The notes under the pieces are model-generated. The model saw nothing but the letters and a program-made list of their open reading frames with translations, searched no databases and was not told the origin of the DNA. DNA of 64,000 nucleotides, from the IMG/VR virus record IMGVR_UViG_3300024502_000010, positions 140,830 through 204,829 of that record. One strand, 5' to 3'. A program made the translations under genes and the position numbers. Below, piece by piece: positions 28,973 through 36,140 of this stretch (position 1 is its first letter; the number at the start of each line of letters is the position of its first letter).

Positions 28973-29509
28973 TTACTTATTCATACAAAACTTAGGATGT
29001 TGCTTGTCCTTACTGTAACGTCCACCGTTACTCTTTTGGGGTGGTAAAGTTTTTTGTGCGTGGCAGTTGGGACAGACCACTTGTAGATTTTCAGGGGCGT
29101 GGTTGAAAGGGTCGTCGTCTATGTGGTCCACCTCAAGGCAGGTTCGTCCGGTATGAATGTTTGTTCCAGACCAACCACAAAGGGAACACTTACCCCCACT
29201 CGCTTCTAATAAGTAAGCACGAACACCGCTGGGAACATAACCCTGCCCTGTATGGTTCAGTTCTCCTACTTTCCACTTATCTATTGTCCATTGTCTCTTG
29301 GCTGCAGCACTACACTTGTTAGAACAGAACTTGCCAGTAGAACTCTTTTTCTTATAGTCAAACTCTACACTGCAGTAATTACAGATGGCGGTGTCCCAAC
29401 CAGTTCTTTTCCTCTTAGGAGACTTCTTATTATTATAGGTTACAGAACACGAACGGGAGCAGAACTTAGGTTTATCGTTCTCACACCCGCAGTTTAAACA
29501 AGTAGTCAT
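28973..29509 (-). mobile_element. HNH homing endonuclease in tRNA array
   Basis: CxxC/FCSxxC Zn motifs, LEVDHIDDDPFNHAPENLQVVCPNCH; late promoter in hairpin. Confidence 0.85.
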
Positions 29510-29563
29510 AATAGAACCGAATACCTTTTATTATTTATAACACAAGTATTCGTTTTAGTAAAG

Positions 29564-29635
29564 TGCCCGAAGAGGGACTTGAACCCCCAACATTTTCGGT
29601 GTAAACGAAACGCTCTGCCTTTGAGCTATTCGGGC
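29564..29635 (-). tRNA. tRNA-Val(UAC)
   Basis: TTTCG-TT-TAC-AC-CGAAA. Confidence 0.9.
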
Positions 29636-29638
29636 AAG

Positions 29639-29711
29639 CTCCCATCGTAGGTACTGCCCCTACCAATCTCTGATTAACAGTCAGGCCCGTTCGCTTGCTC
29701 GGTCGATGGGA
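29639..29711 (-). tRNA. tRNA-Asn(GUU), atypical T loop
   Basis: Acceptor TCCCATC/GATGGGA-G, loop CT-GTT-AA, T loop GGCAGTA. Confidence 0.75.
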
Positions 29712-29715
29712 ATAA

Positions 29716-29785
29716 AGGAAGTTACTGGACTTACACCAGTTCAAAGGGCATTGTCTGCTTGTCTCGATTCTTTGACTTAACTTCC
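29716..29785 (-). ncRNA. tRNA-like RNA lacking a canonical anticodon arm
   Basis: Perfect acceptor GGAAGTT/AACTTCC, D arm GTC/GAC, T arm ACTGG-TGTAAGT-CCAGT, but only GCA-GACAA-TGC as anticodon arm. Confidence 0.55.
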
Positions 29786-29825
29786 TTTGGCGTCTTTCTA
29801 TGCTATCTGCATAACGACTACCAAG

Positions 29826-29897
29826 AGCGAAAGACGAGATTCGAACTCGCAACAACCTGCTTGGAAGGCAGGGACTCTACCGTTGAGTTACTTTCGC
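29826..29897 (-). tRNA. tRNA-Gly(UCC)
   Basis: CCTGC-CT-TCC-AA-GCAGG, U discriminator. Confidence 0.93.
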
Positions 29898-29936
29898 AAT
29901 GAGACAATCATAAACTATTTAAGTTTGATTGTCAAG

Positions 29937-30019
29937 TGCTCCAGAGAAGATTTGAACTTCCACGCTTTTTAAGGCGGCGGATTCTAAGTCCGCTGTGTCT
30001 ACCGTTCCACCACTGAAGC
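29937..30019 (-). tRNA. tRNA-Leu(UAG)
   Basis: GCGGA-CT-TAG-AA-TCCGC, long variable arm. Confidence 0.93.
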
Positions 30020-30102
30020 AGATGGAGTAAGCGTAATATACCTCATAAGGATATAACAGAGGCTTACCCTCTATCACTTTTATGTATGGAGATAAACTCC
30101 AA

Positions 30103-30175
30103 CAGGCACAGAGGGACTCGAACCCCCAATCGTCATCTTAGAAGGATGTTGCATTATCCATTATGCTATGTGCCC
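30103..30175 (-). tRNA. tRNA-Arg(UCU)
   Basis: Loop CT-TCT-AA. Confidence 0.92.
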
Positions 30176-30180
30176 ATAAA

Positions 30181-30245
30181 GTAGGTTCCTATCGCCGCCA
30201 TTCCTGAACCTACCGAAGGGGAATGCCGCAGTTGATTTCTCAACT
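30181..30245 (-). ncRNA. Leader RNA: GNRA hairpin plus H-type pseudoknot
   Basis: AGTTGA-GAAA-TCAACT; S1 CATTCC/GGAATG, S2 GTAGGTTC/GAACCTAC; TTGACC-17-TACAAT promoter at 30251-30279. Confidence 0.5.
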
Positions 30246-30280
30246 CTTATATTGTACCAGTTGTTTGGAAACTGGTCAAG

Positions 30281-30352
30281 TGGGAAATGGTGGATTTGAA
30301 CCACCGACCTCTGCGTTATCAGCACATTGCTCTACCACTGAGCTAATCTCCC
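30281..30352 (-). tRNA. tRNA-Ile(GAU)
   Basis: Loop CT-GAT-AA. Confidence 0.92.
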
Positions 30353-30355
30353 TGG

Positions 30356-30444
30356 CGGAAGTGGTTGGATTCGAACCAACGGATGCACTTAGGTACATCG
30401 GCGGATTAGCAATCCACTGCATTAGACCTCTCTGCCACACTTCC
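30356..30444 (-). tRNA. tRNA-Ser(GCU)
   Basis: Loop TT-GCT-AA, long variable arm. Confidence 0.92.
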
Positions 30445-30446
30445 AA

Positions 30447-30518
30447 TAGTCCCTACGGGAATCGAACCCGTGTCTACACCGTGAAAGGGTGGTGTCCTAA
30501 CCGCTAGACGAAGGGACC
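30447..30518 (-). tRNA. tRNA-Glu(UUC)
   Basis: Loop CT-TTC-AC. Confidence 0.9.
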
Positions 30519-30521
30519 AGG

Positions 30522-30603
30522 TGGGCAGGGAGGGATTTGAACCCCCGTAGGCAGAGCCAGCGGATTTACAGTCCGCCTCCATTAACCACTCGGACACCTA
30601 CCC
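30522..30603 (-). tRNA. tRNA-Tyr(GUA)
   Basis: GCGGA-CT-GTA-AA-TCCGC, variable arm. Confidence 0.93.
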
Positions 30604-30613
30604 GACTTTTCTA

Positions 30614-31018
30614 TTATATAGGTTCTTTGGGGCAACTGTCAACCCATGGAGCGCATAGTCTCATCTCCCCACCAAGTAATCGTTGAGCCTCAGAGTTATC
30701 TGGAGCTTTCTCAATCAACCTGGGCAAAGGTACTCTAGGTGGATCTGAGTCTCTTGTCAAGTCCTCATAATCACGAATTGCTTTATCCACATCACGCTCA
30801 ACTCTCCTACCAACCACAGCAGGGTCCTGAAGCAGCACATCGTTGATTACGGTGCCTGGGAACAGAGATCTCTGAACCTCGTCTAGAAGGTCCCAGAGGC
30901 GCTCCTGAGGCGCTCCTGTGCATTGGGAGAGGGTTGCTACGATACCACTGAGTATGACGCTTATAAGGATTATCTGCTTCTTATCAGGTTTCTTCTTTCC
31001 GAAGTTAAAATTGAACAT
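30614..31018 (-). CDS. Hypothetical protein with N-terminal TM/signal segment
   Basis: 134 aa ORF. Confidence 0.7.
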   Translation of the reverse strand: MFNFNFGKKKPDKKQIILISVILSGIVATLSQCTGAPQERLWDLLDEVQRSLFPGTVINDVLLQDPAVVGRRVERDVDKAIRDYEDLTRDSDPPRVPLPRLIEKAPDNSEAQRLLGGEMRLCAPWVDSCPKEPI

Positions 31019-31054
31019 AAAAAAAGAGGAGTAGCAACCGCTCTCCTCTATTTA

Positions 31055-32257
31055 TTATTTTTGTCTAGCTCTTTGAAGGGCTCTCATAAGAGCACCAGAT
31101 CTAGTCGTTGATTTTTCAGTATTACTAGAATTTTTTTCACGATTTTCTCTACTTGGAATTACTCTCCTATTATCAGAAGAATCACCCGGATGAATTGCTT
31201 GAAATCTTGATTTTGTTGTTTCACTTCTTCTATTTGGTTGTGCTTGAATATGATCTACATCATGCTTTTGCCCTGTTTCCTGAGACTTACTTTTTGCCTC
31301 ATCTCTTTGAGACTTTTTCCTTCCCCTTTCAATTCTTAATGCTCTATTCGCATTTTTTTTACAATCACCCGGATGCAAATTTCTTTTACAATGATCTTCC
31401 AACTCTTTATGACTAATCGCTTTTAGATTTTCTTTTCTCCTTTCATCTTGGTCTTTTCTTTTTTCTTTGGATTCTAGTCCCCAATATGGAGTTTCTGCAG
31501 TTTGTCTATTTTTTAATCTATAAGCATTTGGATTTTCTTGTGATTGTCGAATTTTCTCAGCATCTTCTCTAGAACGGATTCTAGTATATTTTCTTGCTTC
31601 TAAAATAATATAACACTCATATATAAACTCACTAAAAGTTTTTCCATTAAAGGAATCACTCAACTTCGCCATCTGAACACCAGTCTTGGGATTTCTTTCT
31701 CCCATTCCTAGTTTCTTATAAATTCTACCTCTTTGTTCTGCACCTTCCTCACCACTTCTACTCTTTTTACCCTTAGACTTAGCAGAATCAATAGCAGTAG
31801 GAGTATTTGTAGCAACTCCTTTCTTTGACTTCATAGTATCTTTTACGCCTTTGAGAGCACCAACAAATTGTCTTGCTCTTTGTCCGGGATCTTTTACTTT
31901 AGATTTTGGAGAACCAACAGTGATATCATGAACTGGAGAATCTTTCTTAGCACCAGTTTTACCAAACTGTTTTTTTAATTCTTTACTCTGTGGCTTATCA
32001 CCCTCTCTATGTTGCTTTCTTGCAGTATGAGCAGCATAATCTCCAGGAGACTTATGAGTTCTTACCCAAACAGGAACATCTTTTCCACTCTTTTCTACTT
32101 TTGGATCTTGAATGGGACCTTTTTTCCTAAACCCCGCACGAGAAACATCTTTTCTCGCGGCACCTTCTGATCCACGCATATTCATAGTTCCGGAAGGTCT
32201 AACTTTTTTCCCTACCATCAAAGTCCTTTCATCAAGGATTTCTTCTTGAAACTGCAT
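31055..32257 (-). CDS. Basic putative virion-internal protein with C-terminal HNH-like domain
   Basis: Late promoter CATAAATA; internal KTFSEFIYE; HDVDHIQAQ...SSDNRRVIPSRENREKN. Confidence 0.65.
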   Translation of the reverse strand: MQFQEEILDERTLMVGKKVRPSGTMNMRGSEGAARKDVSRAGFRKKGPIQDPKVEKSGKDVPVWVRTHKSPGDYAAHTARKQHREGDKPQSKELKKQFGKTGAKKDSPVHDITVGSPKSKVKDPGQRARQFVGALKGVKDTMKSKKGVATNTPTAIDSAKSKGKKSRSGEEGAEQRGRIYKKLGMGERNPKTGVQMAKLSDSFNGKTFSEFIYECYIILEARKYTRIRSREDAEKIRQSQENPNAYRLKNRQTAETPYWGLESKEKRKDQDERRKENLKAISHKELEDHCKRNLHPGDCKKNANRALRIERGRKKSQRDEAKSKSQETGQKHDVDHIQAQPNRRSETTKSRFQAIHPGDSSDNRRVIPSRENREKNSSNTEKSTTRSGALMRALQRARQK

Positions 32258-32272
32258 CTTTATAAGTACTTT

Positions 32273-32932
32273 TTAGGTATTTATGAAAACTCTACCATAC
32301 CAAAAACCACTTGGAACTTCATCAATAGAGTTTATGTATTTGTTTTCATTTCCATTTGTAATCCACTTTTTACCATAACAAGGATTTTTCTCACCAAGTT
32401 TTGCCTCAATATGTTTTCTTTTTGTTTCTGGATTTTGATGAGATTTGAGTGCTGCCTGTCTATGGTTCTCAACTACTTCTGGACGATTGTGTGCTTTCTT
32501 TCCAACTCTACTTTTTAGTTTTCTCATTTCTGGATTACTCAAAGTTCTAATCAAGTTTTTTCTTGCTTTCTCTTTGAGTTTTGGATTACTCATAGGATTG
32601 TATTCTGTTTTCATCAACTCACTTCTTTTCTTGTTTGCTTCTTCACCAGCACCTTTATTACAATAAAATCCAGTAGAAGTTTGTTTTGCCCTATTAGCAA
32701 AGTGTGGATTTTTATCTACTTCATAAAAATCGTGGAGAGCACATTCTGCTTCAAGTGCTTCTTCAACACTCCCAAAAGTTTCTAATATTATTTTTTGAGT
32801 TGGATTGAAAGTTTTATCTTTGAAACTTCCAAAATAACTTACATCTTCTTCTGGAAGACATTTACATTCTCTTTTTCCAATATAACCTCTTCCATATTCC
32901 TCATAGGAATAATACACATAAAAGTGTTTCAT
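32273..32932 (-). mobile_element. GIY-YIG (Seg-like) homing endonuclease
   Basis: FYVYYS...GRGYIG.R, E...H, N.A; basic NUMOD-like tail. Confidence 0.85.
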
Positions 32933-33029
32933 ACTACTCTAACTTGCTGACATTACTATTTATACAAGAAAGGAGTGCCGAAGCACTCCAATCCCACCTG
33001 AAAAGTGTCAGCAAGTCAGGTAAAGTTAT

Positions 33030-33683
33030 TTAGACATCAGCAAGAACCAATCGTTTAGCATAGTCATAAGCATATTGTGTTCTTGCTCCATGGTGTCCCC
33101 ATCCAATCCATTCGTAGGCATAATTCATATACCTATCAATAGATTTTCCAGAAACTTTCATTCTGTTTTCAATACTCTTCCATTGTGGTTCAGTAGTAAT
33201 ATACCGAAGTTGAGTATCAGCAGTAGAAGGATTACCTCCTATTTTTTTAGCAAAAGCACCCAGTCCATAATAACGAGAAGCAGAAGTAAATTGTATCAAA
33301 CCATAACCTCTTCCACAATTATAGTATGAGGTTCTACTACCACCTTCACAAATGTTAGGCACGAATGTTGATTCCTGTCTAATATTGCCCATGATGGTAG
33401 CAAGGGCGTTTCTGTCTCTAATACCACGATCCTGGAAAAATGCCAGGGTAGCATTCTCATGTTCATTACACCCTTTACAAATTAGTCTTTTCTCTTTTGG
33501 CTTTGGTGGTGCAACCTCTAGGATTGCTGTCTTCTCGGGTTCAAACTCTTTAATAATAGAATAAGGTTTTTCATCCACTGGGGGAGGAGGACCTTGCAGT
33601 TTATAACTAGAGAAAGGCAGTGATGCCGTATTGGTTGTAACCATTGCTAAAAGAGGAACGGCTACAGTAAAGAAGTTTAGCAT
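33030..33683 (-). CDS. Phage lysozyme-like cell-wall hydrolase (Phage_lysozyme2-like)
   Basis: ATIMGNIRQES, GYGLIQFT, DTQLRYI; N-terminal signal-like segment. Confidence 0.75.
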   Translation of the reverse strand: MLNFFTVAVPLLAMVTTNTASLPFSSYKLQGPPPPVDEKPYSIIKEFEPEKTAILEVAPPKPKEKRLICKGCNEHENATLAFFQDRGIRDRNALATIMGNIRQESTFVPNICEGGSRTSYYNCGRGYGLIQFTSASRYYGLGAFAKKIGGNPSTADTQLRYITTEPQWKSIENRMKVSGKSIDRYMNYAYEWIGWGHHGARTQYAYDYAKRLVLADV

Positions 33684-33837
33684 TAAAATTAATTGAACTC
33701 TACATCCGTATAGAAAGGGGGTACACCCTTTTCTCAAAGGGCACTTTCCACGGCTCTAATTGTCACTCAAAGTCTCATTACAAGAAAACCCACCTTATGG
33801 TGGGTTATAAACATTATAAGTTTTTATTTAGAATCTG

Positions 33838-34032
33838 TCAAGATTCCACTTCTTCAGAAGTTTCTTTGGATTCTGGCTCTGGCAAAGTAACTCCAATTTG
33901 TGTTAGATACTCAATAGCTCCTTGAACTTTCCAAAAAAGTTCTCTGTTTTGATTAATTTCTGATTCAAGTTTAACTCTTTGTTCTAAAAGTTGTTGTAGA
34001 TGTTGCTGCTGTTCTGTCATTTTTTTTCTCAA
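33838..34032 (-). CDS. Small coiled-coil protein
   Basis: 64 aa ORF. Confidence 0.6.
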   Translation of the reverse strand: MRKKMTEQQQHLQQLLEQRVKLESEINQNRELFWKVQGAIEYLTQIGVTLPEPESKETSEEVES

Positions 34033-34050
34033 ATTTTATTAAAAGTTTAT

Positions 34051-34227
34051 TTAGTAATCTTCAGGTTCTAGAGAGACAATCTCAAGTTCATCATCTTCCG
34101 GTTCAATCCACTCATAAAACTCAGCAAGAATTGCGCGTGCATCCTCTTTAGGAATGCTCATATCAGCGGCACGGTCAAGAGACCATGACCTAACATGAGC
34201 AACAATATCTTCAGTCGTTGCGTTCAT
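34051..34227 (-). CDS. Hypothetical protein
   Basis: MNATTEDIVAHVRSW... Confidence 0.65.
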   Translation of the reverse strand: MNATTEDIVAHVRSWSLDRAADMSIPKEDARAILAEFYEWIEPEDDELEIVSLEPEDY

Positions 34228-34654
34228 AATAGTCCTTTCGGAAGTACCTGTTGAGGATGTTGCTATTGTAGTATCTGGGCACTCCACTGTCAAGGGATTC
34301 TGTGAGAACATTGTTGAAGAAGAGTTGCCTTGTTTCTTCAAAGTTTGTTTTGCCCTTTGTTTTATGTAATGATAAAATAGTGCGCGTAAAATTCTCCCTA
34401 CCATATTTCTCTATATCTTCTTTGAGTTCTGGACATGAACCATAGTATTTTTTCCAATCAGATTCTGCCTTAACCTTTCTAGATTTTCCTCTCGGTGTGC
34501 GGAAGCTCCAGAAATATTTTCGACCAATATAGTCACGATTAGTTTTGTTGCAATGAATATGATATACGAAACCAAAATAATCCTGAATATCACTCGAACC
34601 AAATTCTTTTCCATTGTAGGTCCAAGGATTCTCATAGTCAATATCTGTACTCAT
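34211..34654 (-). CDS. GIY-YIG nuclease (endonuclease II/DenA-like position)
   Basis: GFVY.I...YIGRK, YYGS, E....F; lies just downstream of nrdB. Confidence 0.65.
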   Translation of the reverse strand: MSTDIDYENPWTYNGKEFGSSDIQDYFGFVYHIHCNKTNRDYIGRKYFWSFRTPRGKSRKVKAESDWKKYYGSCPELKEDIEKYGRENFTRTILSLHKTKGKTNFEETRQLFFNNVLTESLDSGVPRYYNSNILNRYFRKDYYERND

Positions 34655-34799
34655 CAATAATATCAAGAACTTCGTTCAGATATTTATGAGCAAGTCCTTT
34701 CATATCCATTTCGGGTCTAATATGATCTTTATAAAGATTGTCTTTTAATTTCAAAACACGAACTTTAATTTCATCTTTAGTCAGTTGATTTTTAGACAT
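34638..34799 (-). CDS. 53 aa hypothetical protein
   Basis: MSKNQLTKDEIKVRVLKLKD... Confidence 0.6.
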   Translation of the reverse strand: MSKNQLTKDEIKVRVLKLKDNLYKDHIRPEMDMKGLAHKYLNEVLDIIDEYRY

Positions 34800-34837
34800 A
34801 AAAAAGGGGAAGGATAACTTCCCCTATCTATATGAGA

Positions 34838-34987
34838 TTAAGTATTCTCACCTAACCATTCTTTGCAAAAGTCATAATCTCCAAACATAAACTCATCACA
34901 TTCTGCTGCTTCTTTGTATGCGTTCAGAATTTCCTGTTCACACCATTCATCATAATTGGAATCCTGCGAAAGTATTTTTGGTAACAT
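34838..34987 (-). CDS. 49 aa acidic protein overlapping nrdB 3' end
   Basis: MLPKILSQDSNYDEWCEQEILNAYKEAAECDEFMFGDYDFCKEWLGENT. Confidence 0.5.
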   Translation of the reverse strand: MLPKILSQDSNYDEWCEQEILNAYKEAAECDEFMFGDYDFCKEWLGENT

Positions 34988-36140
34988 CTTGTTTGATTCC
35001 GCCGACTACATAACTCTCGACTTCCGTTTCCTGGGGAGCAACCTGGAGACCTTTAGAGGAAATCCAGTGCTGTGTCCAAGGAAGTGGATTATTGTTTGCT
35101 GAAATATCGTATTGGGGTTTTAGTCCAATTGCTTTAAGTCTTCTATTTGCTACCCATTCAACATATTGTTGAAGAAGTTTGTCGTTTAATCCAATCATGC
35201 TGCCATCTTTGAACAGATAATCTGCCCATTTCTTCTCTTCGTTTACAGCACGATCAAACATCTTATAAGTCCATTCCTCTTCTTCTTTCATAATCTTTTG
35301 CATTTCTGGATCATCACCTTCTCTCCACTTATTCAGAATGTTCTGAGTAAGTGCTAAGTGTTGGTTTTCATCTCTTGCGATAAGAGAGATGATTTTAGCA
35401 GATCCTTCCATAAGCTTAAGTTCACCAAAGGCGAAACTACAAGCAAAACTAACGTAGAAGCGAATACCTTCAAGAATATTAACGTTTGCGACTGCTCTGT
35501 ACAGTTTTCGTTTGACATCATTGAGATTTTCCCTTGCGTATGTGACTCCTTCAAGTTGTTGCTTCCAAGTTTCGGAAGTACCATAATTCTGTGCAGATTG
35601 AATAAAGTCATCATAAGACTCTGTGACGCTCTTAGCACGTTCCAGAATACGCTCATCACCAATAATAGTATCAAACACCTCAGATGGGTCTGAATATACG
35701 TTCTTGATAATGTAAGTGTATGAGCGACTATGGATCATCTCCATAAATCCCCACACTTCCATACATGCTTCTAACTCAGGGAGTGAGCAGTATGGAATGA
35801 ATGCCATACCAGGACCACGACCCTGAACAGAATCAAGCATAATCTGATACTTCAGGTTAGAAGTATAAATGTGCTTCTGTTCAGGGCGAAGTGTTTGATA
35901 ATCTCCACGATCCTTCTGGAGAGACACCTCTTCGGGTCTCCAGAAGTATCCAAGTTGCTGAGTGGTTAGTTTATCAAAAATAGGATATTTGTATGAATCG
36001 TATCTTTGAACCCCAAGTGGTTTACCAAAAAACATTGGTTGTTTTTTGGTGTCAACTTTTTCAGTATTAAAAACAGTCATTCCTTTAATATTTGTTTGAG
36101 GTTCTTCTGTTGAAGAAATTTTAAACTGCACAGGATTCAC
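34950..36140 (-). CDS. nrdB: Ribonucleotide reductase class Ia beta subunit
   Basis: FWRPEEV, EMIHSRSY, LEGIRFY, RDENQH, PQETE. Confidence 0.98.
   Translation of the reverse strand: MNPVQFKISSTEEPQTNIKGMTVFNTEKVDTKKQPMFFGKPLGVQRYDSYKYPIFDKLTTQQLGYFWRPEEVSLQKDRGDYQTLRPEQKHIYTSNLKYQIMLDSVQGRGPGMAFIPYCSLPELEACMEVWGFMEMIHSRSYTYIIKNVYSDPSEVFDTIIGDERILERAKSVTESYDDFIQSAQNYGTSETWKQQLEGVTYARENLNDVKRKLYRAVANVNILEGIRFYVSFACSFAFGELKLMEGSAKIISLIARDENQHLALTQNILNKWREGDDPEMQKIMKEEEEWTYKMFDRAVNEEKKWADYLFKDGSMIGLNDKLLQQYVEWVANRRLKAIGLKPQYDISANNNPLPWTQHWISSKGLQVAPQETEVESYVVGGIKQDVTKNTFAGFQL

Noticed and set aside
30181-30229. HDV-like/theta ribozyme assignment for the pseudoknot
   Set aside because: No P3/L3 or nested double-pseudoknot order, and it lies 5' of the tRNA
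25337-30603. Stop-codon recoding or suppressor tRNAs
   Set aside because: All core genes read through in the standard code; no CUA/UUA/UCA anticodons found
34051-34404. 117 aa ORF as called
   Set aside because: 5' half overlaps the GIY-YIG gene; the likely gene starts at 34227
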